Assembly: GCA_965217865.1 (NCBI GenBank)
Contig: CBDCJO010000002.1
Location: 4,576,001-4,640,000 of the forward strand
Length of the DNA stretch: 64,000 nt
Direction: 5' to 3'
Origin: Candidatus Latescibacterota bacterium
Lineage (GTDB): Bacteria > Latescibacterota > UBA2968 > SICM01
Made by a program: the position numbers and the translations under genes. Below the pieces are notes generated by a model. The model saw only the letters and a list, made by a program, of their open reading frames with translations. It was not told the origin of the DNA and did not search any database. Below, piece by piece: positions 30,434 to 39,834 of this stretch (positions within the stretch are counted from its first letter, which is position 1; the number at the start of each line of letters is the position of its first letter).

Positions 30434-32206
30434 TCAGGCCGGGGGTTTCTGGCGGTTGAGCGCCCGGTTGATCTGTTCGAGAAGCTCTCTCGTCTCGAAA
30501 GGCTTTTGGAGGAGGGTAAGCCCGGCCTGCCGGACGCGTTCCCAGTCCGACCGCTCGTCCGTGTAGCCTGTGATCAGAAGCGCCGCCAGACCTGGCCGTT
30601 CATCCAGAAGCTTGAAGACCAGATCAGTTCCCCGGCCGTCAGGAAGCACAACGTCGCTCAAAATCAGGTCGAAGCGGTGGCCATTGTCCCGTACGGTTTC
30701 CATCGCATCTTCCATTGAGCCGCATGCGTGTACCCGATATCCGTTTTCAACCAGCATCTGTTCCGTGACATTTCGAAGCATCTTCTCGTCCTCCACAAGG
30801 AGGACGAGCTCTCCGTTGCCCCGGTATGAATCCAGCGAGTCCGGATCGATCCCTGGGGCGGGGATCTCAATGCCAAGTTCTAGGACCGGGAGGTGAATCT
30901 CTATGCAGGTTCCCTTTCCAGGCCCAGTCTCCACGGAAATCCACCCTTCGTGGGCTTTAACAATCCCGTAGACTACCGATAACCCCAACCCCGTTCCTTT
31001 TCCCGGGCCCTTGGTTGTGAAAAAAGGTTCGAAGAGGTGTCCCCTGACCTCCTCGTCCATTCCAATCCCCTCGTCGCTGACGGATAGACTGACAAAACGT
31101 CCGGTCCGGGCCTCAGGATAATCCCGGCAGTAGTCCTGATCGATCATGACATTTCTGGTCTGGATGCGAAGGGTCCCTCCCTCGGGCATGGCATCCCGGG
31201 CATTCACGGATAGATTGATGATCACCTGGTCCAGGTTTCCGGGGTCCGCGCTAACGGTCCACAGATCCTCCTCCAGGTCCAGGTGAATCTCGATGTCCTC
31301 TCCAAGGAGGCGATTAAGCATTTTCTGCAGCTCTTTCACCTGGTAGCCCAGATCGGTCGGGCGCAATTCCATCGGCTGACGTCGGCTGAACAACAGCAAT
31401 TGACGTGTCAGCCTGGCCGACCGAAGGGTTGTCTCCCGAACGTGAAGGAGGTTGGTGCGAAGGGGTGAATCATCGGGCAGGGCCCTGAGGGCCAGATCCA
31501 CATATCCCTTGATGATCCCCAGCTGGTTGTTGAAGTCGTGGGCAACTCCTCCGGCCAACTGGCCGACGGCCTGCATTTTCTGGGAGTGTCGGAGTTGCTC
31601 TTCGAGGCGTTTGCGTTCCGTGATATCCTGGATCATCGGGATGACATACAGAATTTTTCCGGATGCGTCCCGGACCGTGGAGACCGCGGTTTGTGCCCAT
31701 ACGATGCGACCGTCCTTCCGAATGTATCGCTTCTCCAACCAGTAGTTATTGCGTTTTCCGCTGTGGAGTTCTTCGGCAAATCGCCGGCTTTCTTCTATGT
31801 CTTCAGCGTGTGTGAAGTCCGTGAACATCATGCTTCGGAATTCATCAGCCGTGTAGCCGAGCATATCCTGGAGTGCCCGATTGGTTTGAACCAATCTTCC
31901 CCCCAGGTCTATGGCCAGGCCGATGGCAGCGAACTCGAACACCGTTCGAAAACGTGCCTCGCTGTCTCGCAAGGCCTCTTCCATCCGCCGCCGCTCTGTG
32001 ATTTCCAGTTGAAGCTGATCCTTGGCTGTTTTTAAATCGGCAGTGCGTTCCTCCACCCTGAGTTCCAGTTTTTGGTGGACTTCGGCCAGTGAGATCTCCA
32101 ATCGCTTTCGATCTTCGGTCTCTCGTTGGAGCCGTTGGCGGTATTCCCGCAACACCTCTTCCAGTTCCGCGGGTCGGCCTTCGAATTCCTCCGTTGTGTC
32201 CAACAT
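30434..32206 (-). CDS. Hybrid sensor histidine kinase (coiled coil-PAS-HisKA-HATPase-REC)
   Basis: AGGVAHDFNN, INLSVNARDA, DEGIG, FFTTK, GTGLGL, C-terminal REC (SDVVLP, LLQKP). Confidence 0.92.
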   Translation of the reverse strand: MLDTTEEFEGRPAELEEVLREYRQRLQRETEDRKRLEISLAEVHQKLELRVEERTADLKTAKDQLQLEITERRRMEEALRDSEARFRTVFEFAAIGLAIDLGGRLVQTNRALQDMLGYTADEFRSMMFTDFTHAEDIEESRRFAEELHSGKRNNYWLEKRYIRKDGRIVWAQTAVSTVRDASGKILYVIPMIQDITERKRLEEQLRHSQKMQAVGQLAGGVAHDFNNQLGIIKGYVDLALRALPDDSPLRTNLLHVRETTLRSARLTRQLLLFSRRQPMELRPTDLGYQVKELQKMLNRLLGEDIEIHLDLEEDLWTVSADPGNLDQVIINLSVNARDAMPEGGTLRIQTRNVMIDQDYCRDYPEARTGRFVSLSVSDEGIGMDEEVRGHLFEPFFTTKGPGKGTGLGLSVVYGIVKAHEGWISVETGPGKGTCIEIHLPVLELGIEIPAPGIDPDSLDSYRGNGELVLLVEDEKMLRNVTEQMLVENGYRVHACGSMEDAMETVRDNGHRFDLILSDVVLPDGRGTDLVFKLLDERPGLAALLITGYTDERSDWERVRQAGLTLLQKPFETRELLEQINRALNRQKPPA

Positions 32207-32248
32207 AACCTCAAAGAGAGGGTGAGACGGCAAATGGAAAACCATAGA

Positions 32249-32319
32249 CGTGAAGCGTATCTCGTAGGTGCGCAGGTTGGTTTTCTTTGCGCTTCACGCT
32301 TCACGAGATACGCTTCACG
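32249..32319. repeat. Dispersed palindromic element, copy 2
   Basis: CGTGAAGCGTATCTCGT ... ACGAGATACGCTTCACG, a perfect 17-bp inverted repeat. Confidence 0.75.
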
Positions 32320-32326
32320 GGTTTAC

Positions 32327-33589
32327 CTACCTGATGGTTGCAGTTCCGGTGGGAAATCCTCCAGCGTTGTTCCCTAAATCATAGGTCACGTGATCCGTCG
32401 CGTTCGACGGGACATCACCGACCAGGGGCTTAAGGGTAAATGGACCGGGTCCGTCATCCGGGAAGGGCTCGATCGAGATGACCCCTTTAGCTCCGCTGAG
32501 ATCCGTGGGGAAGGTCAGGCCGGATGGCGCGTTATTCAGGAAATCCTCGCCGGGAAACGGCGGACCGCCGCCTGTACCGCTGTATGGGGCCGCATCGTCT
32601 GCGGAGGCCGGGTTCGTGAATGTTCCTGTGGTCACCGGGACGCCCCCGATCACCCCCCATCCCTCGTAACGCCACCCGAGGGGAAGTGTGGGGAGCTGCA
32701 GACCCTGTCCCGGACTTCCACCAGATAGATCCAGGAACCAGAGGCCGCTATTTTCGTTCCCGCTCGGATCATCCGTCGGCGTCGCCAAGATGTACTTTCC
32801 AGAGGCCTGGGAGAAATCGTCTCCGAGAGCGGCAGGATGCCCTATGGTCAGGTCGGAGGAAAGGCTTTCAACGCTCCCGGCCAGATAATGGGTATCCGCT
32901 GGGATGGCATCCTTGTCACCATCGGGTTCGATCGTTATGACGATGGCCGTGGTCTGGCTGAGGTCCTTGCGTGTTCTGAACTTACCTTCCGGGATGAGGA
33001 TCCCTCGCATGTTCACCAGATCGCCGTCCGAGTTAACGTTGAACTTTCCTGTCGGTACCGGACCGTCGATGATCGCCCAGCCTTCGTAGTGGAAGCCGTT
33101 GACGAGGGGTTGAATCCCTGCGAAGTTTAAAGTCAGGGTGGAATTGATACGTTCGTTGGAGACGAGTTTGGCACGTCCACCAATCGGCAGGGAGAGGATC
33201 ACCTCGTTACCCGCTTTAACCGGGATGCTCGCCCATTTCGAAAGGACGGTGTTTGTGGAGGTATCGGTTGCCCTCGCGACATAGTAACCGGTGGCCTCGA
33301 TCGCGGGTGTGACCGTGCCGTCGGAATCGGTGGTTCCTTTCAAATTGTAGTCGGCTGACCGACCTGAGATGGACCGAGAGAACCCGACTTCGAGGCCCGA
33401 TGCCGGTTCGCCCCCCAGGGTCACCGTCGCCGTGACGGATGCAGGGAGCCCCGGATTCGTGGAAAACTTGCCCAATCCGGAATTGAGGTCCTTACCGGCC
33501 AGGGGGGCAAGGGGCTGCTGGCCGGTACAACCGAACCCTATCAGCCCAAAGCCGAAAACTGTGATGGGTAGAATCAACCATCTTCTCAT
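32327..33589 (-). CDS. Putative lipoprotein with two YEGW...PVxTGxF repeats (anti-sigma RskA-C-like domains)
   Basis: Signal peptide with lipobox-like GFGC; duplicated YEGW motif; RBS GGAGG. Confidence 0.75.
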   Translation of the reverse strand: MRRWLILPITVFGFGLIGFGCTGQQPLAPLAGKDLNSGLGKFSTNPGLPASVTATVTLGGEPASGLEVGFSRSISGRSADYNLKGTTDSDGTVTPAIEATGYYVARATDTSTNTVLSKWASIPVKAGNEVILSLPIGGRAKLVSNERINSTLTLNFAGIQPLVNGFHYEGWAIIDGPVPTGKFNVNSDGDLVNMRGILIPEGKFRTRKDLSQTTAIVITIEPDGDKDAIPADTHYLAGSVESLSSDLTIGHPAALGDDFSQASGKYILATPTDDPSGNENSGLWFLDLSGGSPGQGLQLPTLPLGWRYEGWGVIGGVPVTTGTFTNPASADDAAPYSGTGGGPPFPGEDFLNNAPSGLTFPTDLSGAKGVISIEPFPDDGPGPFTLKPLVGDVPSNATDHVTYDLGNNAGGFPTGTATIR

Positions 33590-33911
33590 GGTTGCTTCCT
33601 CCTTTCAGTGAAGAAAGAACGATTGCCCTCTTCATTATCTGAGGATGCAGAGAGAAGATGGAAAAACTGTGCCAACCTATACCCGATTGCCACCCGTGGA
33701 GCCGAATATGATATAACCTTTTTGTTTAATGAAGTTAAATAGAATCCGGTTTCGCAGCGAAGATTGACCTATTTTGATCGATAAAGTTTGCAACACCTCA
33801 AATTAAAATCTGTATATTAATTTAGTATTTTATAAACAGAGACTTAACTGATGTGATCTTATTAGCACTGATTTTGAGAATATTAACACACAAACTTTGT
33901 TGTGAAAAAGC

Positions 33912-35293
33912 CTATTTTCTGGAGATGCCATAGAGTTTCATCTTTTCGTAAAAGTGCCTTCGATGGATTCCGGCCCGCCGGGCTGCTTCAGCCACCTGGC
34001 CACCCGCCCGGTCAAGAACGTCTTTCAGATAATGTCGTTCGAATTGCTCCCGGGCTTCTCTAAGGGGCATGTCGTATCGCTCGGTTCCAGCACCGTCAGA
34101 GACGGAAGATGTGATATGCTTCGGCAAGTCAGATATGGCAACGGTATTACCCTGACAGAGCAACTGGGTCTGCTCAAACACATTCTCCAGTTCTCGAACA
34201 TTACCCGGCCATCGGTAGGCCTTGAGCATCATCAAGGCCTCGGCGGTCATCTCCTTAACCGGATTTCCTGTTCGTTGGGAATAGCCCGTCAAGAAGTGGT
34301 TTACAAGCAGGGGAATATCCCCGGTCCGGGCGCGAAGAGGGGGCAGGTCCAGAGTGACGACACTGAGACGATAAAAGAGATCCGGACGAAAGGCCCCTTT
34401 TTCCATCTGATCGCGCAAATCGAGATTCGTGGTCGCGATCAGGCGGAAATCAACCTTCCTCGGCCGGTCGCCTCCGACCCGGAGGATTTCCTTTTCCTGG
34501 ATGGCTCGGAGCAGCTTTACCTGTAAAAGCGGGCTCATCTCTTCGATCTCATCAAGGAAGAGGGTTCCCGCTTCTGCCTGTTCGATGAGGCCTTGTTTTT
34601 GCCGAATCGCCCCTGTGAAGGCCCCTTTCTCGTGCCCGAAAAGTTCACTTTCCAGGATGGTATCGGTGAGGGCTCCACAATTGATCGGCATGAATCCAGA
34701 CTTCCTGCGGGGGCTCCGTTTGTGGATCGCTCTCGCCACCAGCTCCTTTCCTGTGCCAGTCTCTCCTTGGACAAGGACCGTCGCATAGCTGTCTCCCAGC
34801 TTTCGGATCAACCCGTAGATTATCTGCATTTCCTGGCTGACTCCGACAAGCCCTTCAAAGGAACCCTGATGGGATACCTGATCTTCCAGGATGCGCAGTT
34901 TTTCCGACTGCTCCCTGGACTCGAGGGCCTTTTTAAGCACGATTTCCAGGTGATCCAAATCGAGAGGCTTGGTCAGGTAGTCGACTGCCCCTGCATTCAT
35001 GGCCTGTACTGCGGACTCGATCGAGCCATATCCGGTCATGACAATCACCATGACGTTCGGGTTCCGATCCTTGAGTCTTCCCAGGACCTCGATCCCAGGA
35101 CCTCGATCCCGTCCATCTCAGTCATCCAGATGTCCAGCAAGATCAGCTCCGTCGGGTTCTCGGAATAGCGTGTAATTCCCTTTGGACCGTCGTCAGCGGT
35201 TTCGACCTCGAAGCCCAGGTCGGAAAGCGCCTGACTCAGGATGTCCAACATCCGGGGTTCGTCGTCGATCACCAGGATCCGGGGTTTGTTCAT
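33912..35293 (-). pseudogene. NtrC-family sigma54-dependent response regulator, frameshifted by a 14-bp tandem duplication
   Basis: REC + GETGTGKE + GAFTGA + WPGNVRELEN + HTH; CCCAGGACCTCGAT duplicated at 35080-35107. Confidence 0.9.
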
Positions 35294-35601
35294 AAATCCG
35301 CTCAACAAGAAAAGCTCTCAAGGGAAAGACGGAGTCCGGTCACGGAAACTCGAAGTTAATACTGAGAGACTCCTCCAGAAATATACAAATTGATGAATCA
35401 GGAGAACAAGCAAATTAGAGCGATGCCTTCTACGCAAGATGTGTAACAAAATTTTTAATTGTGGCTGAGGAAGCGACACCCAGCGATAGGGGACGTAAGG
35501 GAAAGATTCCACTCGAATCCAAATCTTGAGCGTTCAAAAAAGAATTTTGGTATATTCCAGATTCGACCGAACCCTAAAATAGCTTCATTTACCGGAGTGA
35601 T

Positions 35602-36297
35602 ATGTCAAGAATTCAAGCCCCCAAATCTCAGAGCCTTCGAAAAAAGACAGGAAAGGTCGTCCGTATTCTAGACGATCTCTATGGGACGGAGGTGTGGGGA
35701 GGGGGAACCGATCCTCTGAATACACTCATTAAGACGATTCTGTCCCAGAACACAAACGACCAAAACAGAGACCAGGCATATGCCGGACTGAGAAGCCGGT
35801 TTTCAACCTGGGAAGAGGTTATGGGCGGGAATCTTCGTGCGATTGGACGAGCCATCCGGGTCGGCGGACTCGCGAATCAGAAGGCGAGAAACATCCGAGA
35901 TTTTCTGCGGTGGTTAAAAAGGACGCGGGGTAAGCTCGACCTCAATTTTATCTGCGAGATGGAACCGGAAGAGGCCATCTCCCTTCTCTGCCAACAAAGG
36001 GGGATCGGGGTCAAAACCGCGTGTGTGACGCTGATGTTTGCGTGCGGGAGGGATGTGTTTCCTGTCGATACGCACGTCCATCGGATCAGCCGCCGGTTGG
36101 GTTTGGTTCCGGAGAAATGCACGGCGGAGAAGGCCCACGAACTGCTGTCTCCGCTGATTCCGAAAGGCAAGTCCCTCTCTTTTCACGTCAATCTTATTGA
36201 ATTCGGAAGGGGGATCTGCCGTGCGCGTAATCCTGCCTGCGGTTCATGTCCGCTTCGGGCATCGTGTTTATATGTTAAAGGGAAGGTAAAGGCGTAG
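35602..36297 (+). CDS. Endonuclease III (HhH-GPD) family DNA glycosylase
   Basis: ILSQNT, GIGVKTA, PVDTHVHR, 4Fe-4S CRARNPACGSCPLRASC. Confidence 0.9.
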   Translation: MSRIQAPKSQSLRKKTGKVVRILDDLYGTEVWGGGTDPLNTLIKTILSQNTNDQNRDQAYAGLRSRFSTWEEVMGGNLRAIGRAIRVGGLANQKARNIRDFLRWLKRTRGKLDLNFICEMEPEEAISLLCQQRGIGVKTACVTLMFACGRDVFPVDTHVHRISRRLGLVPEKCTAEKAHELLSPLIPKGKSLSFHVNLIEFGRGICRARNPACGSCPLRASCLYVKGKVKA

Positions 36298-36395
36298 GTT
36301 CGGCTGGATTCACCTGGAAGGGAATCCAGGCAAAAGACGTTCAGAAACGGGGATGTCCACGCGGCTTTGAGGCTAAAGGCGTAACAAACCGGATC

Positions 36396-36530
36396 TCAGC
36401 AGACCGCGAGTTCGTCGAACTCCACGTCGACGGAGTTCTCTCGCGATCTGGTTTCCTGCAAGTTTGAATTCACAACGAGCAAAAAGGCCAAGCTGCACAA
36501 TCCCAAGAGGATAAATTTGAAGAGTTTCAT
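36396..36530 (-). CDS. Small (44 aa) membrane/secreted peptide, absent from the ORF track
   Basis: MKLFKFILLGLCSLAFLLVVNSNLQETRSRENSVDVEFDELAVC*; strong RBS AAAGGAGAGG. Confidence 0.55.
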   Translation of the reverse strand: MKLFKFILLGLCSLAFLLVVNSNLQETRSRENSVDVEFDELAVC

Positions 36531-36820
36531 AGCCTCTCCTTTACTGGATTGATTGGGGCTGTAAGGGATTTAAATGCCGGGCGGGGCATCATCCTTCCAC
36601 TCTGAAACCCAGGAATATCCCTTTATTTAGTATTTTCGGAAACGGGCGGAATTCCTTTAACTTTATTTCAGCAAACCGTGTACCGAATGATAATGAATTG
36701 TTTCAAATCCAATCTTTATGGTCTCCTTTAGTCACATCGATACCTTACTTTTCGACCTGGATGGGACCCTGATCGATTCCTCAAAAGGCGTTGTGGAATG
36801 TTTCAACTATGTTTTCGATA

Positions 36821-37595
36821 GGTGATTATGCACTTGACTAAGGAACAATCCTCGCCTGTTCCACGATACGCTCCGCAGAATCATGAACACGGACAATATC
36901 ACGTACCGGGAATTGGTAGCAGCTTGACTACCAGCACCATATCGGTATGGATCATCCATTTCTGGTTAGACCTCCACGCCTTGTAATCTTTGCCATGGAT
37001 ACGGAGAGTGCCAATTTCCGTGAAAGCTGAAAATTGATTTAGACCTTGGTCGTCGGGGTCAACGTTGATAGGATCGGCCAGATATGCTGGTATGGCGAAC
37101 GCTACGTATGCGTCCTCGTGCTTTGGAATGTGCGCTCTGTCTGATCTTGACGAAATGCTGGTACTCGGGTTCATAAAGTCAGAAGCACCGAATACAGCGT
37201 CTTCTACTCTTAATGCCACATACCAAATTGGCTCAGGTGAATGGCCAATGGATACAGCGTTGTATGCTTCCTCCAGCTGCTCGGTTGATAATTCGCCCTT
37301 CTCCGGCTTAGATATCGGAGAAGGGCGGATGACAGACCATAACCAAGGTCCAAGGAGGACAATCGGCGCTGAAGCGAGCAACGCAACACTTACTCCTAGT
37401 TCCAGATTCAACATGGGCAACCACTCGTTTTTCCACACTTTGATATCATCGCTAACTCCAGCCAATCCAATGGCCCCAGAGCCGACGGCATACAATGCCC
37501 GAAAAACGAAGAAGAACTTAGCCATCTACCCATGATAACCTCTCTTTCTTGGCCCGTCAATATGAAATAGTAACTTAGTCAAGTGCATAATTACC
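36821..37595. mobile_element. Non-autonomous IS1595 derivative (MIC-like, 775 bp) sharing TIRs with element C
   Basis: TIRs at 36821-36843 and 37574-37595; TSD TTTCGATA at 36813-36820 and 37596-37603; last 27 transposase codons at 36844-36927. Confidence 0.93.
36899..37525 (-). CDS. Hypothetical membrane-anchored cargo protein (208 aa)
   Basis: Two N-terminal hydrophobic segments; TTGACG-17-TATCAT promoter ending 6 nt before the ATG. Confidence 0.7.
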   Translation of the reverse strand: MAKFFFVFRALYAVGSGAIGLAGVSDDIKVWKNEWLPMLNLELGVSVALLASAPIVLLGPWLWSVIRPSPISKPEKGELSTEQLEEAYNAVSIGHSPEPIWYVALRVEDAVFGASDFMNPSTSISSRSDRAHIPKHEDAYVAFAIPAYLADPINVDPDDQGLNQFSAFTEIGTLRIHGKDYKAWRSNQKWMIHTDMVLVVKLLPIPGT

Positions 37596-38430
37596 TTTCG
37601 ATAGGATCGGTGTTTCACGTCCCCCTTCAGCAGCGATCATTGAAACCATCGGTTATCCTCTCGACCAGGCGTTTGCGAGATTCACGGACCACGATCCGGG
37701 ACGCTGCTATGATCTGTTTCAGATCAAGGCTCGGGAGGTTATGGTGGACAGCGCGGTTCTTCTGAACGGTGTTCGGGAGACGCTTTCGGACCTTCAGGCC
37801 AAGGGTTACACGCTTGGGATTGCGAGCACTAAGCGCAGTGAACACATCGCGGGAATTCTGGAAAGGCTCGGAGTAATATCCACGATCAAGACGTGGTCGG
37901 GTTCGGACGAGGTCGCCCGAGTCAAACCGGACCCGGAAATTCTTCACCTGACGCTTCAGAAACTGGGGGGTGAGGCCGCCCACTCGGCATACGTGGGCGA
38001 CACCTCCCTGGATGTTCTCGCAGCCCGCTCGGCCGGCATTGTCTCGGTCGCTGTCCTGGGGGGTACGGGTACCCGGGAGGAGCTGATAGCGCATAAGCCG
38101 GATCTGCTTGTCGAGCGTTTCAAGGACCTGATCGATCTATTTTCTTTCAAAGGAGATCAAGAGTGAAGATCTGGCGGCTTCCTGGAAAACAGAGCCGTCG
38201 GTGTGTCCGCGGACATTGGACTTGATCGAGGGGAGGATTCTGGAAGGAGGGGAGGAGATTGTGGCGTTCGACTCCGCCTGACTGGGCGGAGTTCCTGTTT
38301 CAGGATAACACACCTGGCGGAGAGGGGATCTCCGTGTACCACTATTCAGGGCCGAGACCTGGAAACGAAGAATTCGATTATCGAGATGTCAAAGTGAAAG
38401 TCCGGAATCCGGAGCCGGGGTCCGTGGCCA

Positions 38431-39663
38431 CTATTCCATAACGACGCGATAGATTTTCTTTTTTCCCGCGCGCAAGATCAACGGGTCATTGTCCAGGAGT
38501 TCCCTTTTCAAGGACTCCTCCGCGTTCTCAACTCGTCGATCGTTGAGATAGGCCCCTCCCTGTTGGATGAGTCTCCGCGCCTCGCTTTTGGATACATCCA
38601 TGACGTTGGCGAACAGGTTTAAAGCCGTGAGACCGGAATTCAAAAGATCGGAGGATACCCTGAAAGTCGGAAGCTCAGAGATTTCTGAGCCTCCCCCAAA
38701 GGCTGCCCGGGATGCCGCGCGGGCTTTTTCCGCGGCATCGTCCCCGTGTGTGATCCTGGTGGTTTCGAAAGCGAGGACCTCCTTAGCCTTTCGAAGCTCA
38801 GCTCCCTCAAGGGATCCGAGCTGCCGGACCTGTTCCATAGGGAGGAAGGTAAAGAGGCCAAGAAAACGTTCAACATCTGGATCGTCGATGTTGATCCAGT
38901 ACTGGTAGAAATCGTAGGGGGAAAGCCACTGTGCGTCCAACCAGACTGCACCCGCAGCTGTTTTTCCCATCTTTTTTCCGTCGGCGGTGGTGACAAGGGG
39001 AAAAGTAACGGCGTGAACATCTGCCCCTTCGACCCTGCGGATAAGTTCGGTTCCGGCAAGGATATTCCCCCACTGTTCGTCGCCCCCCATCTGGAGTCGG
39101 CATCCATATTTTCGAAACAGGATCAGGTAGTCGTATGCCTGTAGGATTTGATAATTGAACTCAAGGAACGAAAGCCCGGACTCCAACCGGATCCTGTAGG
39201 CCTCAGCGGCGAGCATCCGGTTTACGCTGAAGTGGCGGCCGATTTCCCGGAGGAAGTCAATATAGGAAAGATCAAAAAGCCATTCTGAGTTGTCCAGGGT
39301 GATTGCGTTTGAGTTAAAATCGATGTAGCGGCTGAGTTGTGCTTGAATCTTTTTAATATTTCCTTGTATGGCTTCGGAGGAGAGGAGTTGGCGCAGCTCC
39401 GTCCTACCGCTGGGGTCCCCGACCATCGCGGTCCCACCCCCCAGGATAGCAATGGGCCGGTGTCCGGTTCTCTGGAGTTGGGCGAGGGCCATTATCGGTA
39501 CCAGGTTTCCGACTTGGAGACTTTCAGCCGTCGGGTCGAACCCGTTATAGCAGGTAACAGGGCCGGCGTCAAACATCTCGCGGACGGCTGATTCGTCTGT
39601 AACCTGGCTGATGAATCCCCGTTCCTTAAGGATATCGAAGGCGTTGTTGTGTTTCATGCTCAT
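38431..39663 (-). CDS. tyrS: Tyrosine--tRNA ligase
   Basis: GFDPTA, HIGH-like QVGN, QMGGDEQWGN, KMGKT, C-terminal S4 domain. Confidence 0.96.
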   Translation of the reverse strand: MSMKHNNAFDILKERGFISQVTDESAVREMFDAGPVTCYNGFDPTAESLQVGNLVPIMALAQLQRTGHRPIAILGGGTAMVGDPSGRTELRQLLSSEAIQGNIKKIQAQLSRYIDFNSNAITLDNSEWLFDLSYIDFLREIGRHFSVNRMLAAEAYRIRLESGLSFLEFNYQILQAYDYLILFRKYGCRLQMGGDEQWGNILAGTELIRRVEGADVHAVTFPLVTTADGKKMGKTAAGAVWLDAQWLSPYDFYQYWINIDDPDVERFLGLFTFLPMEQVRQLGSLEGAELRKAKEVLAFETTRITHGDDAAEKARAASRAAFGGGSEISELPTFRVSSDLLNSGLTALNLFANVMDVSKSEARRLIQQGGAYLNDRRVENAEESLKRELLDNDPLILRAGKKKIYRVVME

Positions 39664-39834
39664 CCCTAAACAATGGCTCCGAGGAGAGACGGGGCCACGG
39701 ATAGCAAACCCTTTCTTTTATTCACTTAATTTTGCATATTTTAGGTCAGCCCATTGGGGAAGTCAAGCCCAATCTAAACCGTGTTTGTCCAAGGGGATAA
39801 GATTCGGGATTCCTCTCACTTTCAGGAAACAGAT

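Larger units (their letters stand above)
36718..38166 (+). pseudogene. HAD-family hydrolase (Gph/PpaX-like) interrupted by a mini-IS1595
   Basis: FDLDGTLIDS at 36718-36820 rejoins in frame after 37603; KPDP and YVGDTSLD motifs. Confidence 0.9.

Noticed and set aside
38163-38441. Possible gene remnant between the HAD hydrolase and tyrS
   Set aside because: Short fragmented frames with no recognisable family; cannot be supported.
39664-39780. T-box riboswitch upstream of tyrS
   Set aside because: The leader is too short and no T-box consensus (TGGNACC) or terminator is visible.
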